Positions 39,490 to 49,127 of a stretch of 64,000 nt of DNA are shown piece after piece. The first letter of the stretch is position 1. Each line of letters starts with the position of its first letter. Made by a program: the position numbers and the translations under genes. Origin of the DNA: a bacterium (GTDB lineage Bacteria > Patescibacteriota > Doudnabacteria > UBA920 > 2-01-FULL-46-14). The DNA is taken from the NCBI GenBank assembly GCA_030700065.1, contig JAUYKH010000003.1:2876-66875 (forward strand), in the 5' to 3' direction. The notes beneath the pieces are model-generated. The model made no database searches. It saw only the letters and a list, made by a program, of their open reading frames with translations, and had not been told where the DNA came from.

Positions 39490-40003
39490 AAATATGTCTA
39501 ATTCTTATACGTTTACTGAAACACAAACATTTACATTCACGGATGCAAAATACATCGCCGCGAAGGTCGCGACCGATCTTGCCCGATTTAGACGTTTTTA
39601 CAATAGCCCTTCACTTGAACTTATTAAGCAGTACGAAGAAGAACTAACTGCTTTATTGAAAGCTGATTACTTGGATAACATAACTTATGGTTTCAAGAGA
39701 GGTGAAAAATGGATAGAAGCCCTTCGCTACCATGCTCTATCAGGCGGATCTCTAGTCGGAGATGATGACCCTGGCAAAATACGTCCAGGCGTCGATGTTA
39801 TGGGAGCACATTTCACTTCTTTTTTGGTTCTAAATAGTCGCTGGAGTCAATTATCTACGGCTGCACAAGAGGCTTTTGAAGCAAATCTGCCATTTAGAAG
39901 AGGCGGTGGAGATGAACCTGCTCTTGAAAGTGGATATTGGTCACATGGTCACAATTATGCATCGGGTGGACGCAGTATTGGACGCAGTACAATAATTCGT
40001 TAA
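39479..40003 (+). CDS. HORMA-like protein (Cap7-like), putative
   Basis: The 174-aa ORF overlaps the nucleotidyltransferase gene by 11 nt. Size and position match HORMA in type III CBASS. There is no independent motif evidence. Confidence 0.45.
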   Translation: MTHKNMSNSYTFTETQTFTFTDAKYIAAKVATDLARFRRFYNSPSLELIKQYEEELTALLKADYLDNITYGFKRGEKWIEALRYHALSGGSLVGDDDPGKIRPGVDVMGAHFTSFLVLNSRWSQLSTAAQEAFEANLPFRRGGGDEPALESGYWSHGHNYASGGRSIGRSTIIR

Positions 40004-40008
40004 ATATT

Positions 40009-40941
40009 ATGGATGAAGAAAATATAGACAATCTTTTTGATCAACGCGTTAATTTCCCAGATCCCGAGGCCTTAAGGCGCTTCGATAACCTGGTCGGGAT
40101 CGATGAAATCAAGCTAAGACTTATTCGATCTCTTGGGATACTCGTGAATCCTGAAGGGGTTCGTCAATGGGGTAAAAAATTTCATCCAGAAAGCACAGCG
40201 CTAATTGAGCTTGTAGAACGTCGCCCTCCTCTGGTAATTCTCAGCGGTGATGTAGGCACGGGCAAAACAGAACTTGCAACCACAGCCGGTGACCCAGTTG
40301 CCCGTCAAGAAAGTATTGATATAACTCTGTTTCCTCTAAGTCTTTCAACCCGAGGATCTGGAAGGGTCGGCGAAATGACAAAATTACTAAGTGAAGCCTT
40401 TAACGAAACTTTCAAAACGGCAGAAAAATTTAAGAGCCGTGGTTCAAAGGCAAGAGGGGCTGTGATTCTTTTGGTTGATGAAGCTGACGCCATTGTTCAG
40501 AGTCGTGAAAATAATCAGATGCATCACGAAGACCGTGCTGGAGTAAATGCGTTTATCCGAGGTGTCGATCGTCTCGCAACTCAACGGTTACCAGTGGCTG
40601 TTATATTATGTACCAATCGACTATCTGCGATTGATCCCGCTGTACAGAGACGCGCAGCAGAAATATTTGTTTTTAACAGACCCAATCCAGCACAACGTCG
40701 CACCGTTCTACAAAAACCTTTAACGGAGATAGGTTTCACTAAAAAAGAAGTAGAAAAAATTGTTCAACTGACTGGTTCTGTAGATGGTCGTAAGCACGGA
40801 TTTACTTATTCTGATTTAACACAGCGATTACTCCCAGCATTAGTGCTCGACGCCTATCCAGATAATCAAATAACTTTTAAGCGTTCACTTGAAGTTTTGG
40901 CGACGATTAATCCAACAGCTCCGTTTCAAAAATCAGCTTAG
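40009..40941 (+). CDS. AAA+ ATPase, TRIP13/Pch2-like (Cap6-like)
   Basis: Walker A GDVGTGKTE, Walker B ILLVDEADAI, sensor-1 CTNR and arginine fingers PAVQRRA are present. The track ORF starts at 39937. I prefer the ATG at 40009, just after the upstream stop. Confidence 0.65.
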   Translation: MDEENIDNLFDQRVNFPDPEALRRFDNLVGIDEIKLRLIRSLGILVNPEGVRQWGKKFHPESTALIELVERRPPLVILSGDVGTGKTELATTAGDPVARQESIDITLFPLSLSTRGSGRVGEMTKLLSEAFNETFKTAEKFKSRGSKARGAVILLVDEADAIVQSRENNQMHHEDRAGVNAFIRGVDRLATQRLPVAVILCTNRLSAIDPAVQRRAAEIFVFNRPNPAQRRTVLQKPLTEIGFTKKEVEKIVQLTGSVDGRKHGFTYSDLTQRLLPALVLDAYPDNQITFKRSLEVLATINPTAPFQKSA

Positions 40942-40946
40942 AATAT

Positions 40947-41705
40947 ATGGTAAATAAAGCCAAAGATGATTCCATAAAGGATGGCAGATCCTTTCTGAAG
41001 GATAGGTTCATAGATGTAGAAAAATTTTTTGTACAGCAACTTAGGCTTAATCAGAAAAGAATCACTCATGATGGTGCATTAGGGGACGCCACAGAAGATG
41101 TGTGGATTCAGTTGCTTCAAGATTATCTTCCTACGCGTTATCGGGTAGCCAAAGCTTTTGCAGTTGATTACCTGGGTAATACAACCCAGCAACTTGATTG
41201 TCTTATTTACGACGCACATTTTACTCCCGCCCTGTTTGGTAAGGACAATCATTTATACGTGCCAGCAGAAGCTGTCTACGCGACCTTTGAGATTAAACAG
41301 ACCATTAATGTTCAACATTTAAAAAACGCGGGAGATAAAGTCGCTTCTTTGCGTGCTCTACATCGCACATCTGCTCCCCTTGAAAATGCGACTGGCGTAA
41401 GTGAACCAAAACAGCTATTTCCAATTATGGGAGGACTACTTGGTATGAAGGCTTCATGGAAAGACGGCCTTGGTAATACATTTCTTAAACAATTCAACAC
41501 CTTGTCAGGCGATAGAAAACTTGACCTTGTTTTAACCGCTAGTAATGGTTTCTGTGATCATTTGGTAACGACTTATACTCCCACTATTGTTCATGGTCCT
41601 GGTTCGTTAATACGTGGCCTTTTCCGCCTCCTCAAGGCTTTACGAGCCAAGGCAACAGTGGCAGCTGTTGATTGGGAAAAGTACGAATCAGTTTTTGATG
41701 CATGA
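40947..41705 (+). CDS. NucC-like restriction-endonuclease-fold (PD-(D/E)xK) effector nuclease
   Basis: LDCLIYD ... PAEAVYATFEIKQ forms a D...ExK motif. GDATEDVWIQLLQDYLPTRY and LRALHRTSAPL resemble NucC family proteins as I remember them. Confidence 0.55.
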   Translation: MVNKAKDDSIKDGRSFLKDRFIDVEKFFVQQLRLNQKRITHDGALGDATEDVWIQLLQDYLPTRYRVAKAFAVDYLGNTTQQLDCLIYDAHFTPALFGKDNHLYVPAEAVYATFEIKQTINVQHLKNAGDKVASLRALHRTSAPLENATGVSEPKQLFPIMGGLLGMKASWKDGLGNTFLKQFNTLSGDRKLDLVLTASNGFCDHLVTTYTPTIVHGPGSLIRGLFRLLKALRAKATVAAVDWEKYESVFDA

Positions 41706-41735
41706 TGGCTAAACGCAACAAAACCCGAAAACGAA

Positions 41736-43331
41736 TCAGCAGTGTCGATCGCCAGGCGACACCAAAGACAGCACCGACAGCATTACTGCTAATGGAATGA
41801 ATTGGCCGGCAAGCTCGTGGCAAACTCCCGCCAGGCCTTCAGATCTGCTACAATTAGGTTCCAAGTCCCTCCCACAAGGGCTACCAACAGAACTTTTATT
41901 TCTCTCTGCAACTAATTTGAACTGTTTCTTCCAATGAATCTGTAGGTTTTCCTGATCCCATTGGGTGTTTTCCAACATAGATTTCACTAAACGTCGTTTA
42001 TTCTCGTCAGAGGCCTGAACATAAGCTAAATAAGGCTGTTTGAGAAGTTTTCCAATTTCCGCGATTTTTTCCAAAGTATCCTCATCGGCCTTGTCCAAAG
42101 CACGTCTCCTATGTTGGATTTCAGCTCTTCGGTTCACGAATCCGGTTTTCATAGTTCGAAACTCCTCATCAGTTATTTCATCTTCCAAGTTTTTATTCAA
42201 AAGCATTTCCAACTTTTTCTGAAGTTTGGCCTCCTCTAGATCCAAATGCGTAAGCTCAGTAGCTTTGGTGCTTTGCAAATCTGCCCTTAGTGTGCTTACG
42301 GCCTTCAGAAATATCTCGGCTTCGGCATCAGTGAACTCTAGCTTTTTCAATTCAGTAAGGAATAGGTATTCTATCTCAGTTTCTCGAATCGAGCTCCGAA
42401 AGGAGCATTTTTTGTCCCGGCAGTTGTAGTATTTGTAAATCTTTTTGGCTGATACTGACCGCATTGGCTGATTGCAGGTTGGACAAGGGATGAGCTGTTG
42501 GAATATGTAAGTAAATGTCCTGATCTTTTTATAGCTCTTTTTGTCCATTACGGCTTGGACCTTGTCGAAAAGGGCTTTTGTAATTATTGTTTCGTGAGAA
42601 CCGTTGTAATCTTGATTCCTGTAAGTGATGATTCCATGATAAAACCTTTTTCTCAAGATTTTATACATTGCTTTCGGTTTGAGCACTTGACCTTGCTTGT
42701 TTCGCAGTCCCAGCTTTTCCATTTTCTCCGTCAGCGTCTCGATGTCATAGGTTCCGGTCGAATATAGCTCAAAAGTTTTGCGGACAAGATGAGCGTATCT
42801 AGGATCAGGTGCTTTAACTCCTCGTCCAGCATCAAGATAGCCGATAGGTGCAGCAGTTGGAGAGCGTCCATCTCGGAGCATTCCTTCGATTCCTTTGTTA
42901 ACGTGGAATTTCAGGTTCTCTGTAAAAGAGCTGGCCATTCCCCAGAGAATCATCAGCATTGATCTGGCGGCATGGTTGTTAGTGGACATTCCTTCACCGA
43001 CGAAGTGATAAGTGTACCCTTGCGTCATCAGCTCATAGAGTGTGGCTTGGTCGTACGGATTGCGAGCGCTTCTATCTACAGAGTGGAAAATCACGTTGAG
43101 GACTTCCTTTTTCCGAAGCTGTTTGATCATATCTCCGAACTGCGGCCGATCAAGTTCCGATGCGCTGTCGACCTCGACATATTCCTTTATGATTGTGAGT
43201 TTACTTCTATCAGCGTACAAATTGATCTGCCGCTGTTGCTCTTCAAGACTTTGACCAAAACTCTGAAGTCGGCTCGATACGCGAATGTATGAAAAGGCTT
43301 GTTTTTGCTCCGATTCCTGCTGTTCTGTCAT
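41736..43331 (-). CDS. large serine recombinase #2 (resolvase domain + recombinase + zinc ribbon)
   Basis: FSYIRVSSRLQ carries the catalytic serine. CPTCNQPMRS...YYNCRDKKCSF is a zinc ribbon. A coiled-coil C-terminus follows. Confidence 0.85.
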   Translation of the reverse strand: MTEQQESEQKQAFSYIRVSSRLQSFGQSLEEQQRQINLYADRSKLTIIKEYVEVDSASELDRPQFGDMIKQLRKKEVLNVIFHSVDRSARNPYDQATLYELMTQGYTYHFVGEGMSTNNHAARSMLMILWGMASSFTENLKFHVNKGIEGMLRDGRSPTAAPIGYLDAGRGVKAPDPRYAHLVRKTFELYSTGTYDIETLTEKMEKLGLRNKQGQVLKPKAMYKILRKRFYHGIITYRNQDYNGSHETIITKALFDKVQAVMDKKSYKKIRTFTYIFQQLIPCPTCNQPMRSVSAKKIYKYYNCRDKKCSFRSSIRETEIEYLFLTELKKLEFTDAEAEIFLKAVSTLRADLQSTKATELTHLDLEEAKLQKKLEMLLNKNLEDEITDEEFRTMKTGFVNRRAEIQHRRRALDKADEDTLEKIAEIGKLLKQPYLAYVQASDENKRRLVKSMLENTQWDQENLQIHWKKQFKLVAERNKSSVGSPCGRDLEPNCSRSEGLAGVCHELAGQFIPLAVMLSVLSLVSPGDRHC

Positions 43332-43393
43332 AGTCGAAGTTGAACGAAGTTAATAATAGGATATAAAGCCCAAAATTCTAAGGACAGCTATGT

Positions 43394-43825
43394 TTACTGC
43401 TGTTTTGACCTCTTTTTTCTTCTGTCCCTCTCCTCCTGCTCTCTCTGGAACTGCAGAAATTCCTCATGCTGTTCTTTCGACCTTTTTTCTTCGTACTCCA
43501 AGTCTTCCCTGCGTTTTTTGTCCTCCTCGCTCTCTTCTCGTATGGCTTTGTATTTGGGAATATTCCTGTATATCGTGTCAAGATTGTAGCTCAGTCCGCG
43601 TTCCTCAAAGTAAGATTTTAATTCCGCGATGAGACTGTACGCTTTTTCAAGGGCCCAATCGTTAATCTTCTTTGCGGCCCTGACGTGTCTCTCGAACGGC
43701 TCGTATTTTCTGTCGAGCTTTGCGATCCAGAAATAGAACTCTACGATTTTCTGAACATTGGTGAGATTTCTCTTACTCAGAGATTGGAGATGTTTATTAA
43801 AATCAGGTAAAAAATCTTGATTCAT
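43394..43825 (-). CDS. hypothetical charged protein
   Basis: The 143-aa ORF has a K/E/R-rich C-terminus. Confidence 0.4.
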   Translation of the reverse strand: MNQDFLPDFNKHLQSLSKRNLTNVQKIVEFYFWIAKLDRKYEPFERHVRAAKKINDWALEKAYSLIAELKSYFEERGLSYNLDTIYRNIPKYKAIREESEEDKKRREDLEYEEKRSKEQHEEFLQFQREQEERDRRKKRSKQQ

Positions 43826-43921
43826 AGAATTTTCTTGATATATAAACCTAAAAGGTTTAAGTTAATTACTTTTCTTAATTTAAAGTTACTTACTTCTTAA
43901 TAATCCAATCAATTTGATTGG

Positions 43922-44287
43922 CTATGGAGGTTTATCTAGCCTATATTTTTGATTGGTACGGATTAGCAGCCATTTTCGGAGCTTTTCATCAGGCAATAAT
44001 TTATACCTTGTTGCAACTCCAACCTTGTCTATCCTGAATCCGCTTTCATACTTAATCAGACCCAGTTCTCGCAGTTTTTTTCTGGCACGGTTGATTGCAG
44101 CAGGACTAAGGCCAAAGCGCTTTGTAATTTGCCGGTCAGTGTAATGAAACTTGTCGGTCGAAAACCGATGAGACAAATACCAGAGAATCAAAAGCAGTTC
44201 AAACTCGGACGGCTTGAGGATCAGCAGATATTTCTCCAACAGCCGATTAGGCAGCATCAGAAAGTTTTTCTCTGGTATGAGCTTCAT
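43922..44287 (-). CDS. winged-helix HTH DNA-binding protein
   Basis: YTDRQITKRFGLSPAAINRARKKLRELGLI is an HTH. Confidence 0.5.
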   Translation of the reverse strand: MKLIPEKNFLMLPNRLLEKYLLILKPSEFELLLILWYLSHRFSTDKFHYTDRQITKRFGLSPAAINRARKKLRELGLIKYESGFRIDKVGVATRYKLLPDEKLRKWLLIRTNQKYRLDKPP

Positions 44288-44862
44288 AGTCCCTTCGGCC
44301 AGTCTCTGTAGATTCGCAAAGCGTTTTTTACCTGAATTTCCTGGCCCTGAATATCTCTAGCTGAAATTTTTTTACCGGCCATGACTTCGCTGTACGGCAC
44401 ATATGGCAAAACCCGGTAAATCTTCCGGTCCACTATTGGTGTCTGCCTTCTGCCTTCAAAATACCGAGGATACTCCCTTATCTGAACAAGGGCGAAAAAC
44501 CTTTTACCGATGAGCTGTTCTGGATCAGTGTATTGATTGAAGGCGTTGATGTCCTGAATCGCATTTCCAAGAATCGAGTTTATGCTGATCACATAATGAC
44601 TCAGGATGTGATTCTTGAACGGCATTTGAGCATAAATCCACTCATTGTTGCAGCAAAGATCGTGGGCGTCGATCTGAAACGTGTCCACTTTTTTCGGTTC
44701 CTCCTCCTCGAAGTGGTAGGTTATAATTCCTCTTTTCACCTCTGTGACCTTCATCATGTGCACGTCAAAGGACTCGCCAGTTACATCTTTGACAATTTTA
44801 TAAACTTTCTCGGCCGCTTTGAGTCTTCTTTTGCGAAGCCTCTCTTGCTTGTTGTTTAGCAT
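44284..44862 (-). CDS. hypothetical protein
   Basis: The 192-aa ORF overlaps the downstream gene by 4 nt. Confidence 0.4.
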   Translation of the reverse strand: MLNNKQERLRKRRLKAAEKVYKIVKDVTGESFDVHMMKVTEVKRGIITYHFEEEEPKKVDTFQIDAHDLCCNNEWIYAQMPFKNHILSHYVISINSILGNAIQDINAFNQYTDPEQLIGKRFFALVQIREYPRYFEGRRQTPIVDRKIYRVLPYVPYSEVMAGKKISARDIQGQEIQVKNALRIYRDWPKGL

Positions 44863-45105
44863 TTTCTATCTCCTCAAAAATTGCCAGAATCGCCTGGAAA
44901 AACTCCAGGAGATCTGGATCGATTTCGTTATTTAATTGTTCCGAATTCTCAAACATAAAAAGCCCGCATCGATCTACAAGCGTTTAGCTTATAAACCAAT
45001 ACGGGCTTCCTACCGTTTGAGACCACTACTCGCGGTGGGTTTTATATTAAGTTTAACTAAGCATAGTTTACACTATATTAAATCGGTTGTCAAGAATCCT
45101 CACTG

Positions 45106-45543
45106 CTATTTTAATTTCAGCAAATAATCACCAGCTATTTCAACCTCTGGCCGACCTGGTTCGCTTTTAAGTACTCTCTCCCTATCTTCAATGAAAAGTG
45201 TGTCTCGTTTGGTGCCGTCTTCGTCTTGCTCCCGTGCCCAATCGTAAGTGCCGTCGAAAATTAAAGTATTGAACTTGCCGCAGTTTTCGCAGTACGCCGC
45301 CATTTCAATAAACTTCACGAAGACTTTTGTATTTTTTCCGGCTTTAATTTTTGCCCTGTTGCCGTTAATGTCAATAACTAATATTGCACTGCAATCTGAA
45401 CATACCCATGATTCACGGTTATCGGCTCGCCGCATTTTCGCATCTATGTATTTGTTCTCTTCTCTGGCTTTTTGCCATTCTTCTTCGCTACCATAAGTCC
45501 GTTTGTAAAACTCTTGTATAAATTCTCTCAAATTTTTGGCCAT
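45106..45543 (-). CDS. hypothetical zinc-ribbon protein
   Basis: CSDCS ... CENCGK pairs are present. Confidence 0.4.
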   Translation of the reverse strand: MAKNLREFIQEFYKRTYGSEEEWQKAREENKYIDAKMRRADNRESWVCSDCSAILVIDINGNRAKIKAGKNTKVFVKFIEMAAYCENCGKFNTLIFDGTYDWAREQDEDGTKRDTLFIEDRERVLKSEPGRPEVEIAGDYLLKLK

Positions 45544-45791
45544 AGTATAAAGTTAATAATTTCCCTTATTTTACAGGAAACGGCGTAAAAGAGTAATAGG
45601 CTGACGCATATGACACGCATTCCCTAACGCAATAGGGATAGACATACATGAACCAAAAAGTGCTCCAAACGGCCGTTTTTCGTCAAATAACAGCTATTTA
45701 TGAATTAAGCAGGAAGTTATATAATAAAAATGACAATTAAGCCTAAACCTTTGAAAATGAGGCATGGCACAAAAAACTCATGGAAGATACT

Positions 45792-45879
45792 GAACCCCGC
45801 GTTCAGCAACTCTTCCATGAGTCATATCCCGAAAGGGCTATGGGCCGAAAGGCTAGCTGACACGGGGTTTTGTGTTACC
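45792..45879 (+). repeat. 88-bp self-hairpin repeat, copy 2
   Basis: See copy 1. The track ORF 45730..45927 is merely a translation of this element. Confidence 0.6.
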
Positions 45880-45905
45880 TGCCAGCGGAAAGGAAATAAA
45901 AGCGT

Positions 45906-46325
45906 ATGGACAAGAAATTTCACATAAGTTGGGGCAAGAGGCATATAATTTATCTTGTCGACATTTTCATACTAAGTCTGGTATCTTATCTCCTTATCGG
46001 TGAACGAGAATCGGATATAATAACGGCTATTGGTATAATCGGAATTGTTTTATATTTTATCCTAATGCCACACTATTTCGGATTCACGTTAGGACAGAAA
46101 ATTTTCAAACTCAAGACAGTTGATGCCAAATCAGGAAATTTTCCTTCAGTGAAAATGTTGCTCCTTCGAGAGTTGAGTTCTTTTTTGGCTTTAACATTCA
46201 TTGGATTTATAGTCGCAGACTCAACATATTCTCCTAAATCTGGATTTTATTGGGACAGATGGACAAGTATAAAAATTATACCTGAAAAATTATCATTAGC
46301 AGAGTTCGATCAATATGAAAAATAG
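45906..46325 (+). CDS. RDD-family membrane protein
   Basis: GFTLGQKIFKLKTVD matches the RDD-family signature. Three TM segments are predicted. Confidence 0.5.
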   Translation: MDKKFHISWGKRHIIYLVDIFILSLVSYLLIGERESDIITAIGIIGIVLYFILMPHYFGFTLGQKIFKLKTVDAKSGNFPSVKMLLLRELSSFLALTFIGFIVADSTYSPKSGFYWDRWTSIKIIPEKLSLAEFDQYEK

Positions 46326-46596
46326 CAAATTTATTCTTATAACAGTTGCGATACTATTTGTTATTTTTTATGGATTCAGTCAATACATTGCTGTCAAAAA
46401 ACACAATATAGATGTTGTCATTAGCAAACGATTATGTTATGAAGGCAGATTATACGGTGCGGAGCGAGATGACTGTGTTAAAAAGAGTGAAGCACAATAC
46501 ATTGAGTCGGATGATATCTTGCGGTGGACAGCTGCCGCGATCATCATTGCAGGAATCGCAACTTATCTATACAAGCAAAAAGAGAAACAAATATGA
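46315..46596 (+). CDS. small membrane protein
   Basis: The 93-aa ORF has TM segments at both ends. Confidence 0.35.
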   Translation: MKNSKFILITVAILFVIFYGFSQYIAVKKHNIDVVISKRLCYEGRLYGAERDDCVKKSEAQYIESDDILRWTAAAIIIAGIATYLYKQKEKQI

Positions 46597-46599
46597 TTT

Positions 46600-46851
46600 A
46601 TGAAACAGAATAAACAAACAGACAATCAAGATGAAACTAAATTTCTAGGTAGAATTACCTATGAAGATGGCACTTCGAAATCATGCTTTCCGGTATTGCT
46701 TGAAGACGCAAGCTTTTATGAAAGATTAAAATTTCGGTTGAACCGATGGCTTGACAAGAACCTAATAGTCGTTGTTGTTATTGTTGGCTTCTTTGGTATC
46801 TTCGCTTTATTTTTCTTTATAACTTTTTTAATAATCGGACTGTTTAGGTAA
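46600..46851 (+). CDS. small protein with a C-terminal TM segment
   Basis: 83-aa ORF. Confidence 0.3.
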   Translation: MKQNKQTDNQDETKFLGRITYEDGTSKSCFPVLLEDASFYERLKFRLNRWLDKNLIVVVVIVGFFGIFALFFFITFLIIGLFR

Positions 46852-47175
46852 ATGACTTCAACACATGATAAAATTTGGGAAAAAGAATATGAATTAGGCC
46901 AAGTACCAGATTGTCCACATTGTAGCCAAGAGAATTATACACACGAATGCAGAAATTGTTATGGAGATATCACTAAGGAGCTTTGTTGGAAAAATAACGG
47001 CTACTGTGATAAGTGCTTTGATTTTATTCACAACCAAATCCCAAAAATCCAGGCCGAGAAAAAAAGACTCGGAGTGCTATGTCAATGCGAAGATTTGCAC
47101 TGTGCTAAATGCCTAGGCCTCAATTGCCAAGATAAAGATTGCCCGGTACATACCAAGGAGAGAACTTATTTATGA
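46852..47175 (+). CDS. cysteine-rich (zinc-binding) small protein
   Basis: Several CxxC pairs are present. Confidence 0.35.
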   Translation: MTSTHDKIWEKEYELGQVPDCPHCSQENYTHECRNCYGDITKELCWKNNGYCDKCFDFIHNQIPKIQAEKKRLGVLCQCEDLHCAKCLGLNCQDKDCPVHTKERTYL

Positions 47176-47447
47176 AAGAAAATTCGATCTTCTTGAATTC
47201 TGCTAGACCCTGGCTAGTTAACTCTGAAGATATTAAGTCTGCAGTAGATTCTAAGTTAGCTGGAGCTTGGTTTGATTTTACAATGCCATTCGAACAAATA
47301 ATGAGATGATAACAACAGATCATCTCGGATTGAACTTCGGTCTGTAAGTAATGTGAAGAGAGACAATATCAGATTATTTCTGAAAAATTACTGATCTAAA
47401 TTAGTCAATTTTTTTGGTTTTTTGTGCGTGAGAAAACGTGAGAAAAA

Positions 47448-47855
47448 ATGCGAAAGTTTGAGCTCGAAGCTGAAATCATCAACAACATTGTTCCGCGAGA
47501 ATCTGGAATATATTTCATCCATGCTGATTTTCAATTTCCGAGATTGAAAGGCAAAACAGACATTCTCTATATTGGCACAAGTAAAAGTAATCTCAGAAAA
47601 AGATTGGGCACATTTATAAGAGGTTTTAAGATGATAGATAAGCTACTAAAACGATACGATTGGGAGGAAGCAATAAAAAAGTTTCAAGGTTCCCGGAAAG
47701 CCACACCTCGATCATGGCGGTTATCAAGACAACTTAAACGGCAGTTATATTTTACCTATGAAATATGTGAAGATTGCAGGACCAGAGAAAATGAACTTTT
47801 GTATGAATTTGAAAAAAAACATTTTGAATTGCCCCCTCTCAATCATGCGAATTAG
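47448..47855 (+). CDS. GIY-YIG domain nuclease
   Basis: The sequence reads GIYFIH ... DILYIGTSKSNLRKRL. Confidence 0.55.
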   Translation: MRKFELEAEIINNIVPRESGIYFIHADFQFPRLKGKTDILYIGTSKSNLRKRLGTFIRGFKMIDKLLKRYDWEEAIKKFQGSRKATPRSWRLSRQLKRQLYFTYEICEDCRTRENELLYEFEKKHFELPPLNHAN

Positions 47856-48197
47856 CAGCGCAGAAAAAGTTATATCATAAATCAATAAGGTTCCAATACT
47901 TACCGGAAAACTGTAAAAGTCAGTCTTAAAATTTAGTCCGGCGAAATCTCGATTGATAAACATGGAAGATCCTGCGATGGGGGATGTGCTATTTTAACAA
48001 CAGACCCGGAAACTTCTAGAGAAGGCTATATTTTTATACAAAACGGTTTAGTATCTAATTAGACTTTCAGCTGAGCATAAACCCATGATATTTGATTGCC
48101 ATAGATAGCGGCTTTTCCAATATGCTTGCGCCAGACTTGAAATTTTGACCAAAAAATGCCAGACTTCTAGTAATAACACATCTAATCATAAAGAAAA

Positions 48198-49127
48198 ATG
48201 AGTATTGAAAAAAAGTGGCTAGCACCTGTTTATAAAAGACTTGCTAAATCTGAACTGGGAAAGGCAAGCCATACATCCGGCATCGTACCAACGAGAATCA
48301 CGACACGTTACTTCGGAATCCCGAGATTAAAAAAAACACATACCATAAATAGAATCAGTATAGAATTCTGGTATGAAAACAAAAGCACGTTTATAACTAC
48401 AAACGTAAATTATCATGAAGCCGAAACACATCAAAAACAGATTCACTTAAGTGGCAATTTGTTTCCGACCTATAAAAAATTTGGCGCAGAACAAGGAGAT
48501 ATTGTAGTGTTCTGGAGGTCGGCAGATGGTGATAAACTTTTTAAAGCAGAACTGATAAAGCAAAATTCAAGCAGGTGGAAACAAATCAAGAGCCGTCGAC
48601 ATTTCCCTGGTTCGGGGGGATTTATAATTCTTGATCCACCAGGAAAAGGAATCGCCGCTGGTTTTGTTGGTGAGAACCAAGATGAATATCAAATTCCTTC
48701 CAGTGTAGAACTTGAATTCACTGTTGCAAATTTTCCTCCAGAAAAAAGACGCGGTAAATTAGTGCAAAAACAGACTGAAGCTCCCTTAAGAAGCAAAATC
48801 AAAGGAGATTTTGTACTTAAAATGCGAAACTATAAATGCGAGGGCAACCTCTCTCATAATACTTTTATTACACCAAATGGTTTTCCGTATATGGAGAAGC
48901 ATCACTTGATCCCAATGAAGTATTATGACGAGTTCGAATATGACCTTGATGACATCAATAACCTCATTTCATTGTGCCCGGTGTGCCATCGAAAAATACA
49001 TTATGGCAAAACGGATGAAAAGGTCTCTCTAATAGAGAGCCTTTGGAATAAACACAAGACTGATCTGGAAAAATCAAATCTGAGTATTGAGATCAGTGAG
49101 TTAAAGAAAAAATATTCATCTGAATAA
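48198..49127 (+). CDS. HNH-motif restriction endonuclease (putative Type II R subunit)
   Basis: A C-terminal HNH motif CEGNLSHNTF...HHLIPMK...CPVCHRKIH is present. The gene lies next to two C5-cytosine methyltransferases. Confidence 0.55.
   Translation: MSIEKKWLAPVYKRLAKSELGKASHTSGIVPTRITTRYFGIPRLKKTHTINRISIEFWYENKSTFITTNVNYHEAETHQKQIHLSGNLFPTYKKFGAEQGDIVVFWRSADGDKLFKAELIKQNSSRWKQIKSRRHFPGSGGFIILDPPGKGIAAGFVGENQDEYQIPSSVELEFTVANFPPEKRRGKLVQKQTEAPLRSKIKGDFVLKMRNYKCEGNLSHNTFITPNGFPYMEKHHLIPMKYYDEFEYDLDDINNLISLCPVCHRKIHYGKTDEKVSLIESLWNKHKTDLEKSNLSIEISELKKKYSSE

Noticed and set aside
45730-45927. 65-aa ORF MTIKPKPLKMRHG...
   Set aside because: Its sequence is simply the translation of 88-bp repeat copy 2. 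The same peptide appears at the N-terminus of the TPR ORF only because of DNA repeat identity.
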